A program made the translations under genes and the position numbers. This document shows, one piece after another, positions 1 through 15,905 of a stretch of DNA of 64,000 nucleotides. The stretch comes from Lama glama. Its lineage: Eukaryota. Location of the stretch: NCBI GenBank assembly GCA_028534125.1, contig CM052818.1:14634001-14698000 (forward strand), in the 5' to 3' direction. Under the pieces are notes generated by a model. The model did no database searches. It was not told the origin of the DNA and saw nothing but the letters and a program-made list of their open reading frames with translations. The stretch's first letter is position 1, and each line of letters begins with the position of its first letter.

Positions 1-449
1 AAATTTGTTGGGCCTGTAAATACTCTGTTTGGCAGCAGAGGACTACTTCACCTACTTCCACTTGTGTGCAACATAACATAGCTTATAGTAGATACATTTT
101 TGGCACACTAAAATGTACCAAGTAGAATAACTGGTAGAATTAACCATACCAAACTCAGCCAAGAAGTAAAGGTTGAGTTAGTGCTAGAAATAATTTAAGT
201 AAAATAGAAACCAATTTTGGAAATATTTTGATATTCTAAGTACTCATGTCTTAGAATTAAGAGAGAGAAAGAAAGAATGTGTGTGTGTGTGTATGTTTAT
301 TTTGCACTGGGAGAAATGTTTTTAGTTTTCACTCTCTTAATTGTATGTAGAGGGGTTCAAAGTTTTAGAACAAGAGGAAAATTCAAGTTTATAGGAGAAT
401 GTTATCCTTACAGTGAAATTTTAATTATAGTAAAAGTGATGATGTGACT

Positions 450-630
450 ACACTGAGCGCTGACCAATGCGCATGATCTCATGCTTAGTATCCTTAGGAA
501 GTTGCTATTTTCCTAATTTTACAGATGAGGAGACTGAAATCTAGAAGTTTAAGCAGTTTACCCAGAGTCACACAGCTTATATGTGATGGAGCCAAAATTC
601 TAACCCTGGTTTGATTCTAGAGCCATGATT
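450..630 (-). mobile_element. MIR SINE. Other MIR cores lie near 3735-3900, 9360-9560, 14740-15100, 28780-28940, 34580-34740, 45890-45990, 48410-48600, 50170-50430 and 61850-62060
   Basis: MIR core ttttacagatgaggagactgaaatctagaagtttaagcagtttacccagagtcacacagct; analogous cores at the other listed sites. Confidence 0.7.
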
Positions 631-939
631 AACGACTATTTAATATGGCTTCTTCTCTAAAAGTTTTATAATATTTGTTAATTACATCCATTGTTGTTCA
701 AAACAAAGTTGTTATAGTTACAAATATTATGACATAGAACTATGTATCATATCCATCACTTATTGGAGACCACATGTATATTTTTGGTGTATTTTATTAT
801 CTTTTTTTCATTTTCCCATTTATGTAAGTCATAATTTTTGAGGTTATTGATAACAGAAAAAGCAAATGTCAGGGCCTTTACGATGATCTTGAAATTTCTC
901 TACATTCCAAGGATTATGTTTTTATCTGGAAAAGATAAT

Positions 940-1332
<393 letters not shown>

Positions 1333-2113
1333 TTAACCAGGGCTCACAAGTTGCTGGAAGATGCAGCTGTGAACTGAGTTCATGCATTAGCTCAGGTCCT
1401 GGTGAGACAGGCACTTATGTCTCTGTCTCTTCATTGGCTGTCACCTTAGTCCAAAACTGAAGACAGCAGCATAATAATTATTAGTGAACCTTTTAAAGAA
1501 ATTATAAACTAGAGTGCACCAGCAAATGGACAGGAAGGGAAAAACAGGAAGTCAGAGGAGCGGCATCTCATTATCTCTCATTCTCAATTTTTCTATTATT
1601 TGGATTGTGTAAAGCTATTCATATCAAATTTCATTTCTCTGTAAGTTGCTATGGATACAACAGAAACTACAGTTCATAGACCTAAGGATTTAATGATTGC
1701 ATCACAAATGTTCCAACAACTAATAGTCGTTGTGAAATGTTATTATTAGCTATAGTGAAATATGAAAACAAACATCTGCAGTCGGAAAAAATCCAGCAAT
1801 TGACTGTTACGTTTCTGTTTCAACTTATAAACCTTATGTTCTTCCCCCTGCCACACACATATATAAACATATCAAAAATTTATCAGATTGATCTGATGTT
1901 ACCTTAAGTGAATGATTTTAATAATTTGAACCAAATTCCAAAGACTGTGATCCAAAATTATGACATCACTCTTTAGTTTTGACCATGACATGTGGTTAAG
2001 ATTTTATCCTCCTAATAACCATGTTAGTTTGTTTAAATAAACTTTGAGAAAGATGATTACCACTTGAATAAACTTAAATTTCTACCATAAATCTATCCCA
2101 TCATAAAGTATTA

Positions 2114-2278
<165 letters not shown>

Positions 2279-4599
2279 TTAGTGAAGTCAGGATAAAAGT
2301 TAGATTTGTATATGGAAATGTAATCAGTATTCATAATATTTCTGCTTTGTCAAAAATGCTAATGAAACTAAAATTCTTTTAGGTATGCAAGGTTACTTAA
2401 ACACATCTAAATAATACAATGGATTCATCATTCTTTCTCCATGAAAAGAATCAAATCAAAACAACCAAATTAACTCCACATGTGGCATTGCTAGTAATTT
2501 TGAAAACTAACATTAATGCAATAATGGCTTTTAAAAATCTACTGTTCGATATGCTTCTTGTACATATACCAACCAAAGTATTAGGAAAGGCATAAGTACA
2601 ATTTATTTGCCGACTTATTTTTTGACTCCTAGAAAGGCTTTGAGAAATGTATGCGCAAGTTGCTCCCAGCAAGAGCTGACAGATGAACTGGAAGACTCCA
2701 GGGCTGCTGCACTTAGAGCTGAACACATAATTCTTTTCATTTCTCATTGATGGAGGGTCTGAAAATTTGCAAGAATATTAAACCCCCTAAAATCCACTTT
2801 TAAATAATCTATCAAACTGTGTCATAGGTATATAAGGGTTCACGATACTGGTCTCTCTCAGCTTAAAAATTCGAATCATTTTGAAAACTCACTTTAGTTT
2901 TGCTTTGGGCTCACAAGGTTATGTAAGAAATCAGAGTAACTTCCAGTTTAGTGATACGAAATTCTGTCAAGGAAAAATTTAAAATGTCTCCCTTTTATAA
3001 AAAATGTAAACGTAGTACATTAAGTACACCTACCATATCTGTGGTATGATGACAAGAAACTGATGGCAGTGGTTATCGCAGGGGGAGGGAGTTAGCAGAC
3101 TGGAGGATAGAGATGGATTCGCTTTCACTGTTTATCCTATTGTACCATTTGAATTTTGTACCGTATGCACATATTAACTATTAAAAAATTAATTTTTAAA
3201 AACCGTGCTTTTAAAATTAGGGAGGATATATAAGAAGGAAAAATGTTACTAAATTCACATTTATTAAGCATTCATGAATTCAACTCAATATTCAGACATT
3301 GGTATAAACTAATTTTACTGGCAGGAATGATGAATGTTCAAATATTTGTATATTCCATGATAGGAAATGGCAGTCTTTTTCAGTGAGCTGAGAAAAATGC
3401 TAATTGATAACATTTTCTGGATTTCTAATTGAGATCAGATACTCAAAATTCATTTTCTACTTGATCATTAACCTGTTAGGATTTGCTAGCACACAAGAGA
3501 ATGGCAGGTGCCAAAGACTTAACAAAAATTTGTGGACAACTACTACATTGAGAATATTCTAACCATAACTTGTATTTTTCTACCAATTTGGAAAAGATTA
3601 CCTGGTTTTGAGTGAAGGCCACCATGGTCCAGCTCACAGAATGTTAGTGTTTTCAGGAACATAGTTTGATAGCTTTTTGAATAAAATGAAGCGGCTCTAA
3701 ATTTAGGCGTTAATCAGGTGGGGTTAATGGAGTAACCAAAGCACGGGCTTTGGGATAAAATAGATATGTTTTCAAATTCCAGCTCTACCACATTTCCTAG
3801 ATGTGTCACTTTGGACAAATCACTTCCTCTTCCTCTCTAAAGTGAGGATAATAGTAATTTGCTTTCAGAACGGTGAGCATTAAAGACAATGTTTATCAAG
3901 TCTCCAGGATGCTGGGTCAGATTAGAAAGGGGCTTCCAAGTTAGGCAAGGGGTGGAAGCGCTTTTGTATCCTGACAAAAGGGGAAACCATGGAAGCAGCG
4001 TGAAACTAATGAACTATCAAAAAAACTGAGAAACCCGAAGGGTTTGGTGAACTGATATGAAGGGTTGGTGGCAGCGTGGGCTGGAGGACAGGGAGATCAG
4101 ATGTAGCCAGTAGAGAACAGGCTGGGGAGAGCTTTTAAAATCTGCTCTCAACTTTTCCCCCACACTGCCTTCGGAAGACCATTGCTTGCCTCAGGGCAGC
4201 AGAAACTGGCAGCGACAGTCTAGCCATCTGTGGTCAACTTAGAAATATGGGAGCAGCACAGCAGTGCCTCCAGGGCAAGGAGCTGCTGAAAATGGATGCA
4301 TGCGGCCCCCCTGGGGATTTCCTCCTCCGCCATTCCCCTAGCAACTGTCAGTGCTAGTGGACTAAAAACATCAAGAGATTGCCTTCTCTCGGTGATGCCT
4401 GTTTTTAGGAGTTTAAAGGGGAGAGGAATGGAGCCCTGACTAGAGAACTGGTCTAGAATAGTGACAACAAATGAAGACGGTCAGAACTGGTTCTGTGGGG
4501 CCTGACACTCTCCAGTCTAACGTTTTTTCCTTCCTTAAATTCATTGGGAGGCACCCAGGCCAGACATTGGTGTTTAGCCTTTGCCCACACAGGGCTGAT

Positions 4600-7220
4600 G
4601 ATTCCTCTTGGGGAATATGACCTAAGATAAACTAGAGAGACACTGTAAAAGAAAGACAGCAAAGTTTGAAACATACGCTATGTGAAGCAGAGTTCTTAGA
4701 ACCTGTGCTCCAAGAATTTAAACTATGTATAACAAATACCTGCAAAGGTAAGATGGTGTTCTTCATATAAAGCAAGAATAAGAGGTGATAAAAAGAGTCA
4801 TGTAAACTATTAGAAATGAAAAAATATAATAGTTGAAATAGAAAAAAATGAGATAATTAACAAGATCCATAAACTAGAAAATCAGGCTGAGAAGCTCTCC
4901 CAGAAGGCGGCAGAAAAAGATAAAAGAAATAAAAATATAATAGAAAAACTAAGAGACAAGGATGGTAGAAATACCAGCATTAGAATTCAAGAGACCTGGA
5001 AGAAGAAATAGAGAAAAGGAAATGTTTGAAGAAATAAGGATGGTAAATATGTAAGAATTAAGGAAAGCCTAAAGATCTCAGATTGAAAAGGCTCACAGGT
5101 TACCAAACAGGTAGCAGGACCAGGAGTAAGATGAGGCAGGTGAGGCCCATGGGCTGCCAAGTGTAAGGAGGAGGCACTTGCATGATCTTGGGAGTGAATG
5201 CCTCCTTGCATTTTGCACCTAGACCTCTCACTTGCCTCACTCTCCTCCCAATCCTGCATGGTAGAGAAGAAAAAACTCACACCTAAATCACGTTATAGAG
5301 AAATTTAAGGGCACCCAAAACAAAGAAAAAATTCTAGATGTTTTCAAAGAGGAGTGATAGATTACTTACAGAGGAGTAAGAAAATGATTTATATCAAATA
5401 TCACAGCAACAACAATGGACACGTGATAACTGATGAATTTTTTATACTATTAAACGGAAGAGAACTTGAAGTCTGGAATTTTTATGTCCAGCCAGACTGT
5501 CATTTAACTATGAGGCCAAAATATAAAATATTGGGAGACAAAGAAGGTCTCAGAGTACTTCCCCATAAAACAAACCTACTTCAAAAAATTCCTAGAGGAA
5601 GAACTCAAGTAAGAATAGAAATAAATCAAGAAGGGTGCCTAAGGAAGCAAATAACAAAGTTTTTTGTTTTCTTAAAAAGACAAAGACTTAGAAAGAAAAA
5701 TAAGTAATATACCTATAGTAATTCAGAACTAAAATTCTACTGTCAACATATTAGTGGAGATTCTGGTGAATATTATAAAGAATGAAAAAAGTAGTATAAT
5801 AGTTGCAAAGGAAAAGAAAAAACTGTTATTATTTGTAGGTAATATAATTACCTGAATAGAAAAACCACTAGAATCAATAAATGATGAGAACAAAGGTGTG
5901 TCAAGACAAGCAGATAAGTGTACAAAAATTAAGAGGATTTCCTATAATGAAAATAACCTGCTAGAAAACAAAATGAAAAATAAGATATAGCCCCTGTAGG
6001 AATAAAACTATACAGTACAAAGTTTCTAGAAATTAATGAATTCACAAGCCCTCTATAGAGAAAAAAACTTTAACTCTCTTAAAGACAAAAACAGAGCTGA
6101 ATAGACTTTCTATTCTCTTAGATAGGATAGGACAGTATGTTACTGTAAAGGAGACAATTTTTCCTAAATTAATCCATAATGTCAACACAACCCAATCAAA
6201 ATTCTAGCAGGATATTTTGAGAAATGTCATAAATTCCAAAGGTGAAATGGAAAAATAGAGGTCCATAAGTAGAGAGCTTAACTATGAAAAGGAAGTGCAA
6301 AGAATGGGGATTTTTTTCTGTCAGATATTGAGACAAGCTAAAAATCTATATAATTAAAACATTTTAGTTAATGATACAAGAACTGAAAATTCACCCAAGG
6401 AATATCACAGAGAGCTCTGAGACAGACCTTTTTATGCAGCGATCCCTAACATACAGTTGAGGTGGTTTCCCAAGTCAACAGGGCAAGTGTGGATTGTTTA
6501 GTAGATGGTATCCAGAAAACTTCTTCACTTTATGGGGAAAAATGGAACAGGTTCCATAAAGGTGGATTAAAGATATAATTATGCAAGGTAAAATTATAAA
6601 ATCAAAAGAAAAAAATGTCACCGAAGGGTAGGAAAACTCATTTACTATATTTATATGTTTTCTAAGTGTTTAAGAAGGTTTTGATTGACAAAGTTTTACA
6701 TTGTCTTTGTTATTTAAAGCATTTAAGAGGAAAACATAATTAAAAAAACTTGCAGTTTAAAATGCTCATGGAATTTGACTGTAACCTGAGTTAATCAAGG
6801 AACAAGTGAAAGTAATTAATCTAATGTTATACAATATTTAAAAATTAATAAGGCTTAAATAAAATGTTTTTTAATTTATAATTTTAAAATTAGAATATTA
6901 ATTTAAATCATAAATAACCATAAATAACTTTCTATATACAAAGACCTCCTTAGAACATGAGAAATCTTACACTGAAACATTATCACCTTCAAAAGATTAA
7001 CAGCTGGACTGCTTGCAGACTTGACATAACAATAGAATCCATTTAACAATGGAATAATATCTTCCAAATGTAAAAGGTTAAGTAAGTATGTATCCAGAAT
7101 TTCATAGCCAGCTATAGTTTCATTCATTAAAGAGTGAGGGCAACTTCAAAACATTTTCAGACAAAGAAAGCTGAAGAGCTGGCTATTCCTGAACGCTCAT
7201 AGAAAGAACTATTGAAAGAC
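4600..7220 (+). mobile_element. Highly degraded ancient L1 fragments (ORF1/ORF2-derived)
   Basis: A-rich plus strand with L1-like phrases (tctcagattgaaaaggctcac, ccagccagactgtcattta, cccaatcaaaattctagcaggat, aatttcatagccagcta). Boundaries are approximate. Confidence 0.55.
5115..5256. mobile_element. MER53-like palindromic hAT MITE inside the L1 debris
   Basis: caggaccaggagtaagatgaggcaggtgaggc...gaggcact...agtgaatgcctcc...ctcacttgcctcactctcctcccaatcctg shows long imperfect inverted arms matching recalled MER53. Similar 8-mers acaggtag / catggtag flank it. Confidence 0.7.
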
Positions 7221-7224
7221 ATGG

Positions 7225-7665
7225 AAGTGGTCTGTTACATTGGTGGTCCCAGTGGCTCAGGCCTCCCAGTCCTCTCCTTGTGAATGTGAACTGGCCTTGT
7301 AATTAGCTTCAACCAATAGGATGCGGCACAGGTAACACTGAGCCGGTTCCAGGCATAAACCTTTGCAGGTTCTGTTTTCGCACTCTTGGGAGCCCTGAGC
7401 TGCCATGTGAGAAGTCCAGCTACCCTGCTGGAGAAACCACATGGAGAGACCACATGAGAGAAGCCCAGTCATTCCAGTGTCCTAGCTGAATCTAGTCCTC
7501 AGATGACCTGCTAACTAAATTCAGCCATTCAAGTGCCCACCAGCAAGACCAGCCAAAGAACGGCCCAGCTGAGCCCAGCCCAGGTTGCAGAATCATGAGC
7601 ATATAAAATGATTGTTGTCTTAAGCAATGAAATTTTGGAGTGGCTTGTTACGCAGATAACGAACA
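7225..7665 (+). mobile_element. MaLR LTR (MLT1 family)
   Basis: Typical MLT1 phrases: aaccaataggatgcggca, gagccctgagctgccatgtgagaagtccagctaccctg, cccagctgagcccagccca, ttttggagtggcttgttacgcag. Confidence 0.75.
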
Positions 7666-9584
7666 GAAATAGTTTAGAAGGAAGTCAATTAAATCAATTA
7701 AAGTGAATCATCTTTTATACAGTGATGTAGAACCTTACAGAACCTCAAAAATAATAACTTAAAAAATTCTTCATGGAGACTAATAGAGAGGAAAGGTAGT
7801 CTGAGCTATTATTATATAAAGAAATCCCCTACCCAGACATCATACCTACTAATAGTGTAACTACCATGGTCATTTATGCAAATGGATGAGGTTTTTAAAG
7901 AAGCCCACAATAGTGAAGATCATCTAAGTGGGAAAACATCAAAGAAGATATTCAAGTTCTTAGTGGTTGCTCTACTTAAGAATTCAAATTGGACCCAAAA
8001 TAATTACTTAAAAGAAGCCTTGTTAGATGAGGCTTACAAAAAATACAGCAAAGTCCATGAAGAATGTTTGAAATCCACCCTCTGTTTCTTGGAAACTTCA
8101 TCTAATTAAAATAGGGATTTTCCAAACAAGGATACAACAAACAAGTTGGTGTCTAGCCATCTATATTTTATCAGCAAAGCCAAGATTATTCAGACACACA
8201 ACTCGCTCCTCATATTGATGGGAATTTAGCAGCTTTTACTTTGGGAAATTTTCTTAACTTTTTGTGTGTGTCTACTTAAAAAACATTCATCAGTATTATT
8301 TTTCTATTAGAAACTCCATTTTCTGAATACTATTTATTTTCATCTTAGATGAAAAAGATTATTAATGAAAAAAGTACAGATTTCAAAATACAGTGAAAAA
8401 AAAGAAACTTGAACATAACTATATAGCAAGAAATCATTGTTATGTTACACCTTGGTACAAACGAAGCAACACAAACTGAAACCCATTTTAGAAAAATATT
8501 TTTAGCACTGTATCTGAACTCACAATTTCAAAGAACGTTGAAATATTAAGTAGTTGACAAATAGCCAAAGTTTCATTTGTGTGAGACAGCTCCCTCACAA
8601 ATTAGATCAGCTTTTCCAATTTTATTATATAAAACCAAAAGTTTTATTATGTAAAACACTTATTCTTACGGGGACTCAGATATGATGGAGCAGAGCCATT
8701 TGTTGAACTGACCATGGATGGCAGCCAGGAAATTGTGTGGTGGTACAAGACATAAAGGGCACTTTCATTATCAGCACAAGATGACATTGCTGAAATGCCA
8801 AAACTCAGGCGTAATTAAGTGGGCTGATGGAAGAGAATGACTATGAGATGACTTTTGTTACTAATGCATGATTATATACACATTTTCTACATCTACATGC
8901 ATATATAGAGATATAAAATCTGGCATATACAGACTAGCTTAGATACGTATTTTAATATGTTATATAAAATATTTTCTTTTAAAACTCATTCTCATCTAGT
9001 ATCCAAACACCATCTAAAATATGAATAAATGGCTGGCCTGTATTGTGATGTATAATTAATTTAAATTAAATTATGACTTTAAACTAAATAATCTGTTGAA
9101 TAATGTGCAATTATCATTAAATTAATCAATACACATTTGTTGAATCTGGGCATTGCTGTAGGACCTGGAATATAATAATGATCATGGCAATGAGAAATAC
9201 CAATAAAAGAACAGAGAGAGAAATGAAGGAGAAAGAGGAGGAGGAGAGAGGGAGAGAGGGAAGGGATAGAAGGGGAGGGAGAAGGGAGACCTCCATGCCA
9301 AGTTTCCAAAGCTAGATTCCAACCCAACAACTAACTTAGTACAAGGCAATAATTAACAATAGAAATAGCTACCATTTGTTGTCTACTATGTATGAAGCAT
9401 GGTGGCAGGCAACTGACATGTTATTTCATTTGTTTCTCAAAACAATCCTGCAAAATAAGAATTATTACTCCCGCTTCATAAACTGAGTAAAACAAGATGA
9501 TGAAATTTAAGTCATGGGCCCAGAATCAAACAACTCTAACTGTTGATCTCATATTAAATTCCAAGGGGAGTTAGTGTTGATAGT

Positions 9585-10110
9585 GATTTCCAGTTAAACA
9601 TTGCAAATTCAACATGTGTATTGCCTCAAATTCTCTCTCCCAAGCCCCAGTACAATGATAGTAAAGAAAGGAAAGGGGCTTAAAGCCTTAAGGGAAAAAG
9701 AGAACTAAATGCGAGCAGAGCTGTTAACAAATTTGGAAGCTGGAAAGCTGATGGATGAGCCGCAGCTGACTTGAGTAGAGCACAGAAAACTGGAAGCTAA
9801 GTGCTTGTGGAGGAGAAGGTGGGATGGAAATCAAGCCAATTCATGGCAGAGCTCGGGGATTGGAGGCATCAGACACCTCTGAGGCAGGGAGCGTGGGTTG
9901 TGGGACCAGTTGAAGCTGTAAACTGAAGACTGGAAGACTCCCAGATTTTCTGTCTCCCACTCCAGGCAGCGGTTTGGAGATTTCTTCTATGGGAAGATTG
10001 ACAGACCTACAGACACTGATTTGGGGGCTTCCCTTATGAAATGGCTGGGCCCTGCCTGATCATCCTAGAACAAAGTCTTAACTCTCTCGTCTCATCTTCC
10101 ACCACTTCCC
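9585..10110 (+). mobile_element. Ancient L1ME-type 5' end fragment
   Basis: gatttccagttaaacattgc...ctcccaagccccagtacaatgatagtaaag...aacaaatttggaagctggaaagctgatgga resembles recalled L1ME 5'UTR consensus. Confidence 0.5.
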
Positions 10111-10638
10111 GTATTGAACTAGAGAAGAAACAACTGCTCCTTATAAGGAAGTACTGGGACTTGATTGGTTAGTTAACAAAAAGTCAGTTAAAGCGAAGAA
10201 TCATAGAAATTATATATACCAGACTTAGATATTTTATTTTAATCAGTTCATTCACCAAATTTTGATTGGAGTGCCAAGCATTTTCCTTGAGGAAGTATCT
10301 GTTGGTTGGAATTCCACTTTGTATTTCTTGCACAAACCACATCCCTAAATGCATCCTTTTCAGTTGCTGTGTCTTTGACACAGAATGGAAATTTAAAGAT
10401 GCGTCTGAAGGAAAATGAGTACAGAGTCCTTCAAGATTTTAAAAAATTCTCTCTAGCTCGTCTTTGATAGTTATTTTACCCTCATCTAATTAGCATGTTT
10501 AAAGTTAGTGTTTTGTGAGATAGCAGTCATGTGAGACGATCTTCTGAAAAAGGGTGAAATTGTGAATATTGGGGAAACAGCATTCTTTATTCTTCTTCTT
10601 GGAAATTCATTATGCTTATGCTTAGAATAGGGTTTTAA

Positions 10639-11952
<1,314 letters not shown>

Positions 11953-12020
11953 ATAATGTCTGCACTTCTTGTGATTTTAGACTCCCCTTTTCTTCCTCTC
12001 AACCCTGAGATTGATATAAC

Positions 12021-12520
12021 NNNNNNNNNNNNNNNNNNNNNNNNNNNNNNNNNNNNNNNNNNNNNNNNNNNNNNNNNNNNNNNNNNNNNNNNNNNNNNNN
12101 NNNNNNNNNNNNNNNNNNNNNNNNNNNNNNNNNNNNNNNNNNNNNNNNNNNNNNNNNNNNNNNNNNNNNNNNNNNNNNNNNNNNNNNNNNNNNNNNNNNN
12201 NNNNNNNNNNNNNNNNNNNNNNNNNNNNNNNNNNNNNNNNNNNNNNNNNNNNNNNNNNNNNNNNNNNNNNNNNNNNNNNNNNNNNNNNNNNNNNNNNNNN
12301 NNNNNNNNNNNNNNNNNNNNNNNNNNNNNNNNNNNNNNNNNNNNNNNNNNNNNNNNNNNNNNNNNNNNNNNNNNNNNNNNNNNNNNNNNNNNNNNNNNNN
12401 NNNNNNNNNNNNNNNNNNNNNNNNNNNNNNNNNNNNNNNNNNNNNNNNNNNNNNNNNNNNNNNNNNNNNNNNNNNNNNNNNNNNNNNNNNNNNNNNNNNN
12501 NNNNNNNNNNNNNNNNNNNN
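12021..12520. other. Assembly gap (500 N)
   Basis: Run of N; the round size suggests a placeholder of unknown true length. Confidence 0.99.
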
Positions 12521-13390
12521 TGTTGTGTCAATTTCTGGTGTACAGCACAATGTTTTAGTCATACATGAACATACATGTATTTGTTTTCACGTTTTTTTCA
12601 CCATAAGCTACTACAAGATATCGAATATGGTTCCCTGTGCTATACAGTATAAACTTGTTTATCTATTTTATATATACCAGTCAGTATCTGCAAAACTCAA
12701 ACTCCCATTTTATTCCTTCCCACTCTCTTCCCTCCTGGTAACCATAAGTTTATTTTCTACGTCTGTGAGTCTGTTTGTTTTATATAAAAGTTCATTTGTC
12801 TTTTTTTATTTCTAGATTCCACATATGAGTGATATCATACAGTATTGTTCCTTCTCTTTTTTGGCTTATTTCACTTGGAATGACATTCTCCAGGATCATC
12901 CATGTTGCTGCAAATTGCATTATTTTATTTTTTTCATGGCTGAGTAGTATTCCGTTGTATAAATAAACCACAGCTTCTTTATCCAGTCATCTCTTGATGG
13001 ACATTTAGGTTGTTTCCATGTCTTGGCTGTTGTAAACAGTGCTCCTATGAACAGTGGGGTGCAGGTGTCTTTCTGAATTAAGAATCCCTCTGGATATATG
13101 CCCAGGAGTGGGATTCCTGGATCATATGGTAAATCTATTTTTAGTTTATTGGTGAATCTCCATACTGTTTTCCACAACAGCTGCACCAAACTGCATTCCC
13201 ATCAACAGTGTAGGAGGGTTCCCTTTTCTCCACACTCTCTCCAGCATTGTTTGTGGACTTCTAAATGATGGCCATTCTGAGTGGTGTGAAGTGATACCTC
13301 ATTGTTTTGATTTGCATTTCACTGATAATTAATGATATTGAACATTTTTTCATGTGCCTGTTGGCCATTTGTGTGTCTTCACTGGAGAAT
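12521..13390 (-). mobile_element. L1 3' end (ORF2 C-terminus plus 3'UTR), relatively well preserved
   Basis: ORF 12920..13189(-) [12 protein letters not shown]...[14 protein letters not shown]...TCTPLFIGALFTTAKTWKQPKCPS.DDWIKKLWFIYTTEYYSAMKK is the canonical L1 ORF2 C-terminus. The 3' end runs into the N-gap. Confidence 0.9.
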
Positions 13391-14866
13391 TACGTTAAAC
13401 TATGTTTCTAATCTGTCCTTTTTCCCTTATGTAATTATAATGGTGTTATGTGCTTCAAGTTATAGTTAATTATTTTGGCATTTATCAGCTTTGCAAGCAT
13501 TTGGAAACTTAGCTATGTTTTTTATCCTCTTATATAAGCCTGGGAGCAAACTATTACCTGATTTAAGTTCCGTTCCCTTCCCTTTCTCTGAGGCTTTAAT
13601 AATGTGTTGTAAGATTGAGAAGAAGAAATCTTACAAGATTTTCCTATGTTTTAAGAGAGGGTAGGCAGCATTAGAAAGAAATCTGGCATTTCTGCAATTT
13701 TTTGCCAGGTAGAGAAATATCACAGTCGTTACTTTAAATGGACATGGCTGGTCAACCCCACAGGGATTGCAGGGACGACTTGAGCCATTGTTTGAGGTAA
13801 TTGTTGAAGCCATTGTGAGTTACCACAACCAATAGGGGCCTGGGCTTCCTTGTAGGAAGCCAAGGTCGGGGAAGTCTGACCTTTCTGAGCCTCTGTGCCT
13901 TTGTCCTTACGCTCGAATACTCACATCTACCCTCCCTGTCCCAGCAAGGTTAGAGGAGCAGCTACACACGGAAGAGCTTTGTTCAACTGCTCTTTATCAA
14001 ATGCATCAGTTGGGCCATAGTGATGTTCTAACTTCACCCTCTTGGGGTTGGTTTTGCAGGACAAGGCAACTCTCGTGTGTGTTAAGTGCAGTTTGCCTCA
14101 GCATGCACTTTGGTAACAGCCTCTCTTGTAAAATTTGCTTTTGCTTTTTGTTTATATTTTAGGTTCTGCTTGTTTGTCAAGCCTGCTTTTTGTCCTCATT
14201 TTAAACCATATTTCAACTGTGAGAATAGGAGTCTGAGATGCTCATACACAAGATAATCTGCTCCAAACTCATGTTTCTCCCAAGACAGGCTAGAATAGTA
14301 TAGGACCAAATCCTTTCCACTTTTGCTTTAACTGGAAAATGAGTTGATTAGATTGGATGAGGACAGAAAGTCTCACTAATGGGAAAATAGAATGATTCTT
14401 AGTATGTTATTTCTCTAATGAATGGTTGAGGTTACATCAAATAAAATATATAGAAACCATGTAATTTCATCTTGGGCATACTTCATGCTTCATGGGGTTA
14501 TATCCCAAGCTTATTTTCTATCAATTTCTATTCACATATAGCAATGGGAGACTTGTGATTTTTTTCCTTATGATTACTATTCTTTAAACTTTTTATTTTA
14601 ACTTTCTGTTATGAATTTTCTATACTTTTTTGCTTAGATCCATTATGGTCTTTTTTTCTGAACTGAATATAGATAGAACTGAAATTCTACTTCTTATTTT
14701 TAATATTCTTTTTGCTTCTCATTCAGTTTTTGAAGCAATATAGCATCATGGTCACAAACTGTGCCCTGAAGTTGAAAACCTTGTTAGCAACATGACTTTG
14801 AGCAAGTTTTATCTTTCTGAACCCTAATTTCCTCATCATAAGGTGTTAATAATTACGGTACCTGCC

Positions 14867-14997
14867 TTTCTTTTCTTTTTTTCTGGGGGGTGGTAATTAG
14901 TCTTATTTATTTATTTTTAAATGGAGGTACTGGGGATTGAACCCAGGACCTCATGCATGCTAAGCATGCACTCTACCACTGAGCTATACCCTCCCCC
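14867..14997 (-). mobile_element. tRNA-derived SINE (camelid Vic-1-like) inserted into a MIR
   Basis: Reverse complement reads GGGGGAGGGTATAGCTCAGTGGTAGAGTGCATGCTTAGCATGCATGAGGTCCTGGGTTCAATCCCCAGTACCTCCA (A and B boxes, tRNA-Ala-like) plus an A-rich tail. Flanked by gtacctgcctttc / gtatctgcctttc direct repeats. Confidence 0.85.
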
Positions 14998-15360
14998 ATG
15001 TATCTGCCTTTCTGATGGCTTTTTTTGTGAAGCTAAAATAAGATGCTCCCTAATACGCTGCCTGGCATATAGCAGGTGCTCAGTCACTTGCAATCTATCC
15101 ATGTTGCCATCAGAATTGAAATGTCTTCAAGGTTGAAATTGTCTCATATTCTCTCTGTGTGCCCAGCCCCAGGCACAGTGCTTGGCGTCTGGCAGATCCT
15201 AAGTAGGTGTTCCCTGAATAAATGGCAAAAACATCCAGTAAGTTTTATATAGTCCCTGCTCTTTCTCTGCCAGCCCACTGTTTTCTCCCTCCTTCTGGGA
15301 TTTTTCACTGAGAGTTATGGTACCAGGGACTGGACTTCTGGAGTATCCTGAGATCTTCAT

Positions 15361-15905
15361 TTTTTTTGGAGGTATAGTTGATGTACAATAATTTTCAGGT
15401 GTACAACATAGTGATTCACAATTTTTAAAGGTTTTACTCCATTTCTAGTTATTATAAAATACTGGCTGTATTCCCTGTGCCATACAATATATCCTTGTAG
15501 CTTACTTATTTTATACATAGTAGTTTGTACCTTTTAATTTCCCACTGCCCACTTCTCTCTCCTTACTGGTAACCAACTAGTTTGTTCTCTATATCTGTGA
15601 GTCTGTTTCATTTTTGGTTATATTCACTAGTTTGTTTTATTTTTTAGATTCTACATATAAGTGATATCATATGATATTTGTCTTTCTCTGACTTACTTCA
15701 CTTTGTATGATAATCTCTAAGTCCACCCATGTTGCTGCAAATGGCAGGATTTCATTCATTCTTTTTATGGCTGAGTAGTATTCCATTGTGTATACATACA
15801 CCACATCTTTATCCATTCATTTGTTGATGGACACAAGTTGCTTCCATATCTTGGCAGTTGCAAACAGCACTCTGCATGTATCTTGTCAAATTGGTGTTTT
15901 TGTTT
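15361..15905 (-). mobile_element. L1 3' end fragment
   Basis: T-tract followed by typical reverse-strand L1 3'UTR (atctgtgagtctgttt, tttttagattctacatataagtgatatcat, ttttatggctgagtagtattccattgtg); homologous to 12521-13050. Confidence 0.85.

Noticed and set aside
5354..5707. 117-aa plus-strand ORF
   Set aside because: It lies in degraded L1 ORF1-like sequence and is A-rich, so it is most likely a chance open frame.
11956..12562. ORFs of 180-240 aa spanning the N runs (also 31657-32486)
   Set aside because: Artefacts of translating N as X.
14917..15136. tRNA-like sequences and ORFs starting MEVLGIEPRTSCMLS (also near 25962-26276)
   Set aside because: These are SINE copies with A-rich tails and target-site duplications, not functional tRNA genes or proteins.
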